Assembly (NCBI RefSeq): GCF_002571385.2
Contig: NW_019217875.1
Span: 89,527-153,526, forward strand
Direction of reading: 5' to 3'
DNA from: Stylophora pistillata
Lineage: Eukaryota
DNA length: 64,000 bases
Positions 1-14,100 of this stretch are shown here, in pieces (position 1 is the stretch's first letter; each line of letters starts with the position of its first letter). Both the position numbers and the translations under genes were made by a program. The notes under the pieces were generated by a model, which was not told the DNA's origin, made no database searches, and was given only the letters and a program-made list of their open reading frames with translations.

Positions 1-1926
1 TTGAGACGAAAAGCGATCAAGGCATACTTTCTCAATAAATCAGCAACAGAGAAAGCGAACGAGTTTTGGAACACTTGTCGTCCTTTTCTTCAGTCAAAGA
101 AATCAAGGCAAGCTAACGACATCCTACTGGAAGAAAATGGGGTACTTATCAAAGACAAAACTGAGATGGACAATATTTTAGACAGTTATTTTATTCATTT
201 TGCTGATGCAGCAGCAGAGATAAACGAGGAAGACTTTGGAACTGATTACAGCACTCATTCAAGCATTCAGGCCATACTAACTAACCATTCTTCAAACATG
301 ACGACAAATTTCGATTTTGAACCTACTAACTCAAAGCAATTGGAGAAGTTTGTGTTAGGAGTGAATACGCGTAAATCCTGCGGCCATGACCTTATACCTC
401 CACGATTACTGAAGGAGTCTGCATCTGTGATATCAGAGCCTCTTGCAAAACTAATGAACTGTTCAAACAATCTAGGTCACTATCCTTCACGCTGGAAAAT
501 GGGGCAACTGACCCCTTTATCGAAGAAGGACGATGAATTTTGTAAAAAGAACTACAGACCCGTATCTGTTCTTCCGGCCCTCAATAAGATTTTTGAACGA
601 ATCCTAGCAAAACAACTTGAGCCTTTTTATCAAGATATATTATCAAATTTCATCTCTGCATATAGACCAGATTACTGCTGTGAAACCTCTTTATTAAGAC
701 TGATAGAACACTGGAGGAAATGTCGTGATAGTAAAGAAACTGTAGCAATCGTTTCTATGGACTTATCAAAGGCTTTTAAAAGTAGCCCTCATGCTCTCTT
801 GCTTGCCAAACTCAAGGCTTATGGTCTTGGCGAGATGAGCATTGGATTCTTGAGGAGCTACCTTTTTGCAAGAATACAGCGCGTAAAAATTGGAAACACA
901 TTTTCTGAATGGGAGTTAGTGAGAAGAGGAGTCCCCCAGGGAAGTGTCCTTGGCCCCATATTTTTCAACATTCGCATCAATGATTTATTCTATCACATTA
1001 AGCAAGCAAACTTGAATGCCTATGCCGATGATCAACCGTTGTACTCGTCTGACAAGGACCTCGAAATGCTAAACACACGGCTGGAATACGAACTTGGAAT
1101 TGCTAACAGTTGGTATGAGCGAAATGGCATGGTTGTAAATCCAGACAAGCATCAGGCAATGGTCATTGATGCGAATAGTGAATATTAATTTTCTTTTCCT
1201 GTTAAGAATTCAGATGAATTATTGGGCGTAATTATCGACAAGGATTTTAGCTTTAATTGTCACATCTCACAGATGTGTGAAAAGGTTAATAAACAATTTG
1301 GTGTTCTTAAGAGATTTAAAAACATTATTACCAGTTATGTAATACTGCGTTTATATAAAGCTTTTATTCTACCACACTTTGAATATTGCTCTCTTATTTG
1401 GCATTTTTCTGGCACTAGAAATTGTGATAAACGAGAGTCTTTGAACAAAAGTACTTTACGATCTATTTTTAATGATCCACTGTCTAGTTATGATGATCTG
1501 TTAAAGAAAGCAAAGATAGCATCCTTATATACTGGAAGACTTTACAAAACTCTAATGGTAGTTTTCAAGAGCTTATTTGTTTCTATCAATCCTGGATATC
1601 TAAAAGAACTTTTTGTTCTTCGTAATTCCAGTTATTCACTGAGAGGAAAGAATATTCTGACTCTACCTATACCAAAAACAACAAAATATGGTCTTGAGTG
1701 CATCCGACATCAAGCAGCAGAAACTTGGAATTCGCTCCCGGACAGCAAGAGAACAATTACATCATTTAAAGATTTTAAGATAGCCATAAGTAAAATGGAC
1801 TTCTAGTAGTAATTTCTTATCATTGTATTGGTAGTAGTTCTATTTATAATTTGACAGACATGTATTTTTCTTTCTCGAAGATATTAGCTCAACAGAGTTA
1901 CTCTGAAAATTCGAGTTGAAATAAAG

Positions 1927-1958
<32 letters not shown>

Positions 1959-1964
1959 TGTATG
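1..1964 (+). mobile_element. CR1/L2-group non-LTR retrotransposon (3' part), RT ORF broken by one in-frame stop
   Basis: ORFs 1-1188 and 1222-1806 are in the same frame, separated by TAA at 1186-1188. RT motifs NYRPVS, MDLSKAF, GVPQGSVLGP and YADD, followed by LGVIID, PHFEYCS and WNSLP. AATAAA near 1920 and a (TATG)n tail to 1964. Lies antisense within the EF-hand gene intron. Confidence 0.93.
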
Positions 1965-2307
1965 TCCTGTGGTTCAAAATGGTAATCGAACTCGTGAATT
2001 TTATACTACTCACACTCATTACGGATGAAACTCGTAGACGCTAACGAGATAATTTGGGGGTGGACTTTTAGGCGGTACAAAAGAATCATCGTTATAACAT
2101 GGTAGTCGTACCCACACTGCGCTATTTTATCCCGTTTTCGTTTTTATCTGTTTTTTCGAGATGAAGTATTGTCTATGGACTTTGCTCCATCGCAGGAGGA
2201 ATGCATGGGCTTAAAACTGTCACCTCGGGGCAAATTCGAGTAATGTTGACACTTCAGATCCTAAATGGAATGGAGATAAAAGTTGATACCTGACTTACGT
2301 CTCTCAC

Positions 2308-5300
2308 CTTTATGAATTGTATACTATCCATTTTCTAAGATGAGAACTCTGCTCGAAATTGCTTCAAGTAGTTTTCCTCTGTAGGAAGAATGTTCTCGAG
2401 CTAAAATTCAGAAAAAAAATTACATAAGTACTGACTATGATGAAAACAAAAACGAGAATACTTTGTGCATTATTTGTGCTGAATGAGCCAGGGTGTTGCT
2501 CACGAACCTCTGACGCTATGATAGGGTGTCAAAAATAATCGAGTAAAAAGGGTAAAATGTAATGGAAGCTACGGTTGGTTATCGCTTCATCAGCAACGCT
2601 AAGAAACTACCAGTTAATCAAGATCATTCAAGATAAACTCAACGATATCAACGATACAAGAATAACACTAGAGTCATTTAGAGGAAGAATAACCTCGCTA
2701 AGAGTCACGACATGATGGCGTTCACCCGAGTTGCACCAAATTTAAGAATAGCTATATTAAGTGTCCACTTGTGACGCCACAAAGTCACCTTATGGTATAC
2801 CTTAGGTGCTTACCTCATCCATACTTATTTTGCCGTCACAATTCTCGTCATACTTTTCTAGCACATACTCCTTGAATTTCTCAAGTTCCTCTGGTGATGG
2901 TGTCTTCAAAAGGGAAAAAAAGGAAGATTTTAACTCAATTTTTACTTCCAGTAAGTGACAAAGAGCATATATTTCCATCGCCTTTTTATGAGTTGTGTAA
3001 TTAGTTTTCAATAAAATCGCATTTTTCATGACCAACTATCCCAAATATCTGAAGTTTCTCGTGCTACAATAGTTTATCATCAGACCGGTGAGACGCCTTG
3101 TTGCTCATTGTATCAATAACTTTAACATTGACAACATGATTCGCTTAAGTAGAAATCTTTACCCAGCATATTCTCACAGATAAAACTTAAACCATTGAGG
3201 CGTTGTTCACGTCTGTCCATTTTTTTTAACTCGTTAAAAAGTAATCTCCGTGTTCAAAAATGTCCGAGTACGTATGGACGAGTCATTTCGAGGAAACGTC
3301 CGAAATTCTCAAAAAACTGATACAGTTGTGATTGGTTATTTCATATTGAGTGGAACAAACATTTTATTGATAATTTCTTCTCACTCTGCAATTATGATCA
3401 ATCTAAAACTCAACATGCTATCAAAAAAAGTCCTTTTCATATTCTCATCCGAAGCAGTTTGTACAACCGCAAAAATTAAATAGAAACATGAGTAATTTGA
3501 AAAAACATATTCCTAACAAAGGGTGAACGAAGGATCGTCATGAATGGTGCCCAAATGGGAGCTCTCCATGAGTTATCAAGTTAGCCATTCAATGCGAGTT
3601 ATTTTTATACCGCCCGTTGGGACTAATGGCCACATTTGTCCCCCAGTGTGTTAATGACGATCGCTTAAAGAGATATATTCATAAATTATTGATTCAATTA
3701 ACTTTTAACCACAAACGGCCTGTTCGTTTATGGAGAGCGAACTCTTCAAGAAAAATCGAAAGCCACGACGCTAACCGCGTCTTGGACGAATTTTCATATG
3801 GTGCACATTCCTACATAATAAATTTCCAAAAGTTCTTTATTTTCCAAGACGTAAACAACGGTCAAGGTGAGAAACGTATGGTGTAATACTGTAGGAACAT
3901 GATTCAATTTAGCATGAGCAAAACGAAAAGCAAAAAGCCACATTCGTAATAAAAAAAAGGTTCCTTTGATAAGGTAAGGCCATTCCAAGGTTACTTTGCT
4001 TACAACTGAACATCTTTTTACTTGCAAACCTTGAGAGTACAATCGATATGAAAGAAATTTTAATGTCATCAGTCAGAAATTACTTTCATTTTGAAAGATG
4101 CTCTAAAAATGCGACGTACCAATTTTCGATAGCTCGAACTGTGACTGGTTGTATTTCCTTCGTTATAAAGTCGAAATTGGACACTGTAAAAAAGAAAAAT
4201 ATTTACGCCCAGTTGTGTACTCCAAGAATTCTAGGAAATTAGCAGGAAATTAAATGGCATTTGTTGAAAACTTTGAACTCAGAGTTGATGCCCGAATTTC
4301 TATGGCGATAAATCCAAGCAACGCGAAGGAGGGCAGGTTCGCAATGGCCATTGTGTTTTGATTAGGCATCGAAGATAATTCTGCGGTGTAGCTTCCCTAA
4401 AATATTAACAGGAACAAGAAAATCACCCTCAAAACGATAATTGGTACATACACTCTTTATCAAAACAGTGTGATGGGATGCAGTCGTTGGATACGACTGA
4501 ATAATTAAAGAAAAACGCTTTTATATTTATCTAGGAATACCATCATGTAAATTTTGCTGTGTCTATATATAAGTATATACTTTTTTCCGATCTTGTTTTT
4601 CTTCCATAACTCAGGAAGGTTTCACAAGAGCCAGCGAGTTCCACTGTAAACTACCGAAACGAGTTACATGTAACGACAATTGACACGTCTCTATCATCCC
4701 TATAGGCTTGCAAGTCATTTAAGGCTAAGCTGCACTGATTAAATTGAGTAAAAATGGCAACATCTATATATTTCATGACTTCTGCTTTGTTTCGACATCT
4801 TTTTTTAATCAAGGATCGTGAAACACAATCCTACCAGATTTTAGAAAGCTCGGAAAAAAAAGTTTTTTAACAAGTTTTTTGACAAGTTTCTGTTTAAAAA
4901 TCTCTTTTTAAACAGAAACTTGTCAAAGCGAAACAAATAGATCCTTCCCTTTTTTATTTTTTCAAAGAGGAGAAAATCCAAAGGATAAGATTCAATATTG
5001 AAAATAGTCGAGCGTTTCCATAAATAAATTATGTGCATCGTATGGGAAAGCCCTTCGACCAATCAAATCCGCTGTTATGTCAGAATTATGAAAGATTGTC
5101 TTGATAAAGGTAATAAGTAGAACGCCTTCGCGATTTAATCTTTGTCAAAGATCAGTTCGTCTTGAAAATGCAATTTACCGAGTACTTTTGTAAATGCGGC
5201 ATTTGTGTTAAAAGATAGCCGTTTTCGAATCCCCAATGAATCGTTCTGTAATTAGCCTGCACAGTAGAAAAAAACCAAAATTCATTAAATAATTATTAGG

Positions 5301-6318
5301 TTGGAAAATTTAAACATAGCGAGAACCAAAGCTGCTCAGAACTAAGAGGATTCATAAAATACGTTATTTAATCTGTAAACTTTCATGTACTTTTGTAAAC
5401 ATTTTATTAGTATATTCAAGGAGGCAAAAATTTAACACAAAAATTCGGCAGGGAAGTGAGTAAAGGCGAATAAGAAATAAAAGGCTGTGATTTTTGGATT
5501 TAAATCACTTAGCATTTTCTAAGCAAAAAAATATTAGTTTTGTAATTGCTGCATATTAAATTGAACAAAAAATTATAACACGAGATTAAATTTATGCAAT
5601 ATTCACGGACAACTAAGTTTAATATCAAAAGCGAGCCAGTTTCGAATAATTGAATGTCTGTTCAATAAAAAAATGCTATAAGAAACACTTCAGAATAGAA
5701 AATCCTCATGGACCAGTGAAACTATTTAACGGCTTGACCTCGAAAACATCGAAAAGCTTACAATGATATGTATAAGATCGCCCTAGGAAGTTAATAAAAT
5801 CACCGATCTCAAAATGAAAATTTGCCCATGTGGCTAACTGATACGAGAAGAACATTCACATTTATTTGGTTTTAAAGTAAAAAGATACATACATTAAGAG
5901 CGATTTGCGAGACCATCGGAAAAATTCGCGGAGTGCGGTGAAAAAGCTTCGCGTTTACACTTTGTACTAACATAACCCAAAATTCAATGCAATAAACCAA
6001 TACATGTTACCGTGCAAAGCGCTTTGATACCTCGTTGCCTGTCTCCTGCAGGAGAGTTACCAAAAACATATTCAGCTCGTCTGCCTCTATGTAACCATTC
6101 CCTGAAAAATAAAAAAGAGGGATGCAAGATAACTCTTTCGTGTGATTCCACAAATCGTTCATTCAAACATGACCGCGATGGACAATTTTCAATTCTATTT
6201 TGGGGAATTAATTCTTACCGTCTTTGTCAAATTCCTTGAAGACTTTCACGAACTCTTCTGAAGTTAGTTTCGTGTCGCTGTTAAATTGTAGCATACAAGC
6301 ATCTTTACCGGCCTCCAT
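2308..6318 (-). CDS. Calbindin/calretinin/secretagogin-family EF-hand protein, exons 1-4 (presumably continues left of the window); in-frame stop in exon 4
   Basis: Exons 6318-6219, 6101-6031, 2903-2814 and 2400-2308, all GT-AG and frame-consistent: MEAGKDACMLQFNSDTKLTSEEFVKVFKEFDKDGNGYIEADELNMFLVTLLQETGNE/TPSPEELEKFKEYVLEKYDENCDGKISMDE/LENILPTEENYLKQFRAEFSS*KMDSIQFIK. Two EF loops and the family motif LPTEEN. Confidence 0.88.
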
Positions 6319-8774
6319 GTTGACTGCCCGCAAGATCAAAATAACATTCGCTCTGAATGAGAAGCGATCTTTAATGTTGTGTACAAGCCTGACGCATGCG
6401 TGCTGAAGCGCTGGTCTCTCCCACAGATAAAATTCAAATTTGCGTCTGAGTGCCTGAGACAGGTGTAATGACTGCACACAAATTCAAACAAAAACTCTGA
6501 AGGAGAGCGCATCTAGCTACATTATCTACGCGAAAGTTCTTTACGAGTGGGTGTTGATAACATTTGAAGGGAATAAAGTGGAGATTTATGGGCAAAAACG
6601 CAGTGGAATTGATCAAGGAGGCCACTGAAACCAGAGAAAAACGGGATAAAAGATAAAAACACACATCAAAGGAGCTTTGTTTTGAATCTAATGCAAATTA
6701 CATATGTAAATCAACCAATCGATGTTTTAGATTCACGCACTACCTTGAACAAAAGGTACAAACGTTGCTATTCAAATGTTCTGTTTGGATTCGCGAATGA
6801 TTTAATTTTTCTTGCGACTGATGGTCGCAAATTTTCCAAGGATTTTTCTCTCAATAACGAATATCATGTTGCTGTATAATTCATGAGACCTGGAACGAGC
6901 CTTCGGTCGCAAAAATAGAATCATATGAGACTGATCGGGAAACTGTTTGAAGTGAACCGTTAACATAGTAACAAAATAGAATCAATTTTTGAAAACGATG
7001 TTGCGGTTACGGTGAACAGAGTTCATGTGTGAGGTAGAGGGGAGAGATTTCACTCGAGTTGAGTAGATAGGTGACACTGGCGACAAAAAAATTACATATT
7101 CAACGACTCCTTTTTAAATTTAACAAATAGTCAGTTTCACATTCAATTCGCATCTTAAATAAATAAATCACATTGCCTCATACGCTGAGAAAGTTGACAG
7201 AGATAAGGAAAACCACAAATGCATAATGAAAACAAGCAAAAGAAGAAAAAAATTTTGTTCAATATAGGCGAGATGGCTAAAAATTATCATTTTTTTTAAA
7301 GTACTTGTCTGACAGAAAAAATAATAAAACGTTTAATAAAATACAAAATGATTGATTTTTTTCTCCTTTCGTTATCATCACCGATGAATGGACAAAGATG
7401 TTTGCAGAGATTAATATGGACATCGTTATTTTGTTGTTTTCGGAAGATGGTGCAGATAAAGCTCTAATCTTTTCTCCCTGTCAAAATTTAAGAATGTAAT
7501 ATAATTTTTTTTCCATTTTGATGTATCTGGACAAGTGTACGTGTATGACCATAATAAGGTATTATGGAACACCACGCACGACCCTATGACGCAAAATGTA
7601 AAGAAAGAGAAGAGAGCTGATTCTAGAGGTTTCCAAAGACAATAACGTCACCGATTCAGTTTATGAAGTAATAATAATTATTCACTTTACTATAGCCCAC
7701 TGGATATGAGATCACAGAGAGATAACACTGATATGAGTGGAAAACGACAAATGCAGAGACGAACTGGAGACCTGTCAACTCTTTCCCTGTCAAGGATAAG
7801 TTGAACAATTGTTTTATTTAAAAGCAACATTGTCGTTTCCCTTTTATATCAACTTTTTATTAGAGAGTTTTAAAGTTCCAGCTTGCAAGCTGAATTCATA
7901 ACCAGAACTGAGTTCAATTATCGGTTGGGAGAGGTGATAAAGTTTAAACCCACAATTAAAAAATGAAATAATATATGATTTGACCGATCAATGATGATTA
8001 ATGAGATGACCCTTGGATGTAAAGTGTTATTAAGAGAGTGGTGATTTGTTTTCTCTTTTTGGTGCAGTGGGTCATCAAAATGTAAAGAAAGTACTTAGGC
8101 GCGGTAAATCCAAAGGAAAATAATCGCGGATCCAAGTTGAGTAATGATGTGCTTGGTAGTGATTCCTGATAACAAGTAAATCACTGTGGCGTTCTTATTT
8201 TTGCATGACGATCATGGAATTCACCTCTATCCAGGCGAAGGTTCACCAAACCATCTTTTCAAGTGGAACACCTCGACGGGTCCATGTACTTGTATAAATA
8301 ATGAGGGGAAAAAAACTGAAAAACAAAATTCAACATAATGTGACGCTCTAAATCACTTCTTCGTTGAAGTGCGTTGAATTATTCAATTGCTGACAAAATT
8401 TGAAAGAATCTGATCCTCAGAACGTTTTGGACTCAAACATAGCTTTCATTATTTTTTTTAACAAGGATTTTTCACGAGCTTCAAAAACACTTTGCTTATG
8501 AAAGCAGTCAGTATAGTTATAGTCTATACCAAGTTGGTGTTCGTTAACCTTTCCAGATGCTGTAATCAAGGTTTCATTCTGATTCTCCAATACGATAAAA
8601 AAGACCTAAAAAAATATTGTGACATACCTTTCCTAATAGGCATCTGAGAACCAATTAAAGTTCCTACGAGGTTTTTTCCTCTTTGATCCAATGCTTTTCA
8701 ACATACTCTCGACAAAGTCAGCATCTTTTTGCTTTGTGGCATTTGAACTGAGCTAAAAAATATAAGAGAACGAA

Positions 8775-8832
8775 AGGGACTGCGATACTGGTGCAATGCT
8801 CTACCAACTGAGCTAACAAGCCGACTGGGAGC
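8775..8832 (-). repeat. Degenerate tRNA-derived SINE head fragment
   Basis: The reverse strand reads GGCTTGTTAGCTCAGTTGGTAGAGCATTGCACCAGTATCGCAG (A-box-like). No T-arm or acceptor stem. Confidence 0.6.
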
Positions 8833-11121
8833 TGCTCATTAAGTCGGTTTAAAGGTTGCAATCGAACATTTTGATCAACAATAACCAAACAAACAACTTG
8901 ATTCGTGACAATCAATTGGTAAAGGCTAAGTTTGACACAACAAACTAAAATTGCTTAAGGACATCCGGTAAAGAACCATTCTACCTTCAGCCACTATAAA
9001 TACTGAGCTTATTTCATTTATGCACGCAACTCTATTTTTAAATTTAAAATACCTCGCCCTCTTGATGGAGTGGTTTGCCCTTTTCGACTGGAATCTACAT
9101 AACAAAATAATCAATAAATCTATAAAATTTAAAAAGGTCAAATTTAAAATGAAGCTATTTCTTTAATCATGTATAAGATTCGACTTGGTGGCAGGTCTTT
9201 TAGTACAACGAAACATGTTATGGAGCGAACACGGTAATTATCGTCTGATGATAACATATGGACATTGCTAAGTTACAATTTAATTATGATCTGAAGTTTT
9301 TCTGTTTTATTTATCAATGCTTGTGACTCAAATTGTTAAAGCTAAAAATTAAATTCTAGGGTAGTTCGAACATCTGAGTTTAAGTTCGTGTTGGTCAAGG
9401 AAAAAAAGAACAATAAAACAGTACAAACTTACTTGAAAAGATGGAAGGGAGTCAAACGCCGGAGTTCTTAACGTGTGAAGTTCTTCTTCTTCAGACGACT
9501 TGTTACCCTCTGTAAAAATAGTATATCAAGCTATCAGTTTAATATATTTTCACATCAAAGCCTACAGACTATCTCAGCGTGGTTTATATACGTCCTTCCG
9601 TTCAAATGGAGAGGGGCGAAGGCATGGAACCCTTTTCCCTCGGACCTTACCCTTTTTCTAACATTTAATTACCGTTTTCTGGCAACTATGCCTTAGTGTT
9701 TTCTTTGCTCAATGATTTTAAAATCGATTGCTTCACTTACCGCTCGCTAAATCCAAAGAATAAATCAAAGCCCAAACACAAGTGTTATTCCTCTTTTAGC
9801 TCAAATAGCCAAATAATCGTTATGTGCAAACAACTGAAGCTCAAACAACAGCTGCGCATTATTGTTCAATATGGCCCGTTTTGCTATTTAAACCATGATG
9901 ATGAATTACAATGAATACTTCTTAAAAAGAACTGCTATGAAAATTTCAAACTGGCATCAAAGCATAAGATTAGCCTTATTATCAGCCTACCTGTTGATCC
10001 TGACGTGTCAAGAACCAAAGGATCCTGTTGTGAGTACAGGGAAGTAGGTTTGACCAGAGAAGTAGTAAACTATCAAATCACAAAGACAAACGATCAAAAA
10101 AATAATCAGTTAATAAGAAATATCCCATAAAAGCAGCTGACTTAGCCATCACGAGGACCATGGGTTCATCAGATTAAGTGACTTTGTAATGTTTCACTCG
10201 ATAAATATGGTTTACTTACTTTCTAACTTAATTACGAGCCCCTTATGGCTAAGTGGTGGAGGTCATTCGTTCGAGTGGAATCCTGGTGGATGCACTCGTT
10301 TCCCCGACCATTTTTTTTTTGTATATTTATTCATTTTCTGTGGGCTTGTGTCACCCATCGACAAACGGGAACTAACTAACGAACTGAAAACCAAATACCA
10401 TCCTACTCTCTTCATTCTTATCAAAACGCAACGTCATTTCGAGCTTTAAATCCTTACAATATGCAGAGTATTTGTCACACGAACATACAATCTTGTGAAT
10501 AGTCATGTTCTACTTCAACTAAACGACGCACAAATGACGCCTTGCCTTCGTCTTGCAATCCTTGCCTCTCATTCCACTTTATACTGCTTGTGAGGAAAGG
10601 GAGGAGCGCAATCATTTTCAAAACGTCGCTACCTTGATTATTCGTGATACACATGCTAATATAAGGTAAGGACCATTTGCGTGTGATTTTTGAAATGACC
10701 ACAAGGACTTCTGGACCAGATTATGGCTTGTTCGTTTGAGGTAGAGTGAGCGAGGTATAAAAAAGAGAGGCGTTAAAAGAGAGGTAAATGCTTCGACATT
10801 AGGAGTGTTTCAGAGAGCGTCAAAACTAAATGCTAGTTGTTCAATGACTTACAGAGTTGTCGTTTTGCTGACTTTGAGAGGTACCAGCCTGACTACGTTT
10901 AACTGAGAATAATGTGCTATCTGAAAAGGAATAATATATAACAAGCATGTAATACTATCGTCCTCTAGTTTGGGTTGCGAAAGAGATCCCGCTACAACCA
11001 GCCTTTGATTTGGCTGAAAATTTACAATTAGCATTGCAGCGTCAAGAAATGTAGCCACGCTCTTGTTTAATTGTCCCTTTTACTCATCTGTTTGCCTTTC
11101 TTTCGTTCAGATGTCTACTTA

Positions 11122-14100
11122 TCAATTTTTTTCATACTTACTTGGACTAACAGGAGTGCCACCATAAAAGACGTCTTTGTCTCGCTTATTTCCATATAAT
11201 AAGCATGTCTTGCGTGAATGATCTTGAGTCTCAGAATGTCTCCTTTTTATTGACTGGCGTTTGTTAATTTCAATTAAATCAGCACTAAATTCTTGTGTAA
11301 ATGGTTGAGATAAACTCCAAGTGTTTTGAGAGTACAAAATATCAAATTCAACATTGGTGTTTATCCGGATGGGCTGCTTGCCAGTCAAAGTATTGCTGAC
11401 AGAGTTTCTCCACGAGGGCGAAATGGTGAATTCGTGAGAGTTTGTGCTACCTACAGTATTCTTTTGGCCTCCCAAATTTAGAGACACATTCTGAGGTTTT
11501 ATCTTAGTGTAACACTCTGGAGTTGGAGAAAGAACATCTGATAACCCGGGTGGTGTGGTGACTTGATCAAAAGAAACGCTATTTTCAAAAAATTTCTCCA
11601 ACTGCGACTCTGATAGCGAGCAGCCACGTTGGGATCGCCCTGGCGTTATCAGGAGAAGTTGTGGTGCTGGGTCGAACTCATGGCTATTTTGGCTCGAAGG
11701 CACAAAAGTTACATCCTCGTCCTCCTCGCCGGCAGCAGATCCCCCATGCAAAATGGAGTACGATTCTTCGCTGCTTTCCCTCGGCTGTGAACCTTCACTC
11801 CAAGACAAAAACAGCTCCTCAGGTATCAGCCCTTCCAAAGGTTGAGCGGTGACTACATGCGCATGAGTTTGAGAGGAAGGGACATAATTTGAGCTACTAC
11901 CCACCGATGGTGCCCTTTCTTCTTCCTGTAGACAACACTCAGTTTTGTCGCTTCCCTTAGCTTTTTCTTCTTTTTCTATTATATTTGATTTTTCTACCAC
12001 AGACTTAACCTGCTCATTAATTTCAACTTTATCAGTAGTATTGGAAATCTCATTTTCACGGATCACCGAAACAAGACCACATCCACTCATTTCACTCGAA
12101 TCCTGTTTTCCAACCAACTGCACCCCTGTCCGCCCATCTCGTTCTGACTGAGAGGCCAGAATGTCTCTAGTTTCAAGTTTTGTTGTGTTGTCCTCAACAG
12201 CTTCGAGGGAGTCTGACAGTCTCGTGAATGATGATGATTCTTGACCACAGGAAAAAAGTTCGCTATCTATATGATAGGACTGAGGGGGGTAGTAACTTGC
12301 CTTCCATTCTAAATGAATTAACAATCAAATTATTACAAATTCTTTTAATCTTTATGCAAACTCTGGGGCGCTCTAGTCACATTAAACTTTGGTTAATAAT
12401 CTTCAGTAAGCCGAATCACAATGACGTCTTCAACCGCTACAGTACCTTTCAGCACTAAGTACAGAACGCAACCTCGTTCCCAGGGTCTCTCGTCGGGAAG
12501 ATGAGAGACCCCGGGAACGAGGTAGTACAGAACGTATATAGATAATTATCATTTGACCGTCTCGCAATAACGAGTCAGACTACCAAAGGATATATATATA
12601 TATATATATATATTTTAACTACCAGTGGTAATTGAAAATGAAGACTTCATCTGCTATAAAAGTGCTCGATGGTAAGACCAGTTGCCTGGTGATTGCTTCA
12701 TTAGAAGCATGAAACTCCGAGTAGTATTTAAATGTTTTTGAACTAGTCCGACTCCAGAAACTCATCTTTATATATATATATCGCAAGTCGTTAATGGAAC
12801 TCTCAGGCAGACAAAGGTGCACCGCGCCAGGAGGATCAATAAAGATTCGCAGTCCAAACCTCACAGCAAACACGAACGTAGAAAGTTTAAAAATTGCGAG
12901 GATGGACAACTTCTGACGTCAAAAATATAAAAAATTTCAATAAAAAACGTTTCGATCAGAGACCTTCTTCAGTTATTTACAACTTTTGAACTAAAAAAGA
13001 GAGCATTAAATAAGATCGAAGTGCTAATGATTATGTAATTACAGATATATATATATATTGTGAGACAAACGATCAAACGTTCATTAATCTATTCAAAGAT
13101 TTACAAAACAACATCTTCTTTAAGCTTCTTTAACAAAACGTATTTACATGCTACAAGGTACAATTTGCCATAAGCATTAACGATGTGTGTAGTAATTTAC
13201 CTGGAATCTCTGCTAGTTTCTTTTCCATTTCATCTGGAACAAAGACCTTTTCATGGCTCCTCAGCAGAGTCTTGTGTAATTCTTGACAAGAACGTCCATT
13301 GTCTAGGAGAGTTCTAAGCTGTGTATCCCACCAGAGCGCCCTCAATCTCTGCTGTAGCGGAGGATACGTTGAAGCGTCTATAATATTTCCCCCAAACTGA
13401 GTGTTACCTTCTCCTCCAGCAAACTTAAAGTGGTGAATGTCGATAAAAAATTCAGCATCACCCTGAAAGTAAAGCCCAGGGGAAAACAAATCAATAGACT
13501 AAATTTAGTCTAAGGGCCACTTTACTCGTGCTTCGGTCGATTTGTATCCATTATCATTTCCGGTATACGCTAGCTAGTGGTTTGCCTAGAGATTTGCCCA
13601 TGTCAGGCCTCGACACTAACTTTTCAACTTACTAGCTAAGTGCCTTGTGACAACTTAGGTGTTACGACAATTGCAGTTTGTTTAATAGCCAAACTGGTGA
13701 GTGGAAATAAAAAACCACTGACCAAAACTGAATTTCTTCTGGGCTTTAGTTAGTTGGCTACCGTTAGTGTCGAGCCCTGCATGTACGCTTTCTTACAGAC
13801 TTGAAAACAGAAACTATGGGCAACAACAGTTGAGAAAGTCTTGTATAGAGGAAGGCGATCATCAACCTTTTTATGCAGGTCAACTTTCGTCAAAGAAAAG
13901 GGTTACTTTAGAGGAGCCACTGACTTGGCCGGCTTGAATACTTATATCTTGCAAACGCTTTTAAACAACTCACTGCTGAAGCGTTACTTTTAATCGTATT
14001 CAGTTTCACTAGAAATAGATGCCAACCAAAGATAATGTAAAAAGGCCCTAAAGTTAATATGACAAGTACATGTGTACCCTGACATTTTACATGAAGATCT

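Noticed and set aside
4580-4645. AG/GT-bounded segment as an extra EF-hand gene exon
   Set aside because: No family similarity, and exons 2 and 3 already join in frame.
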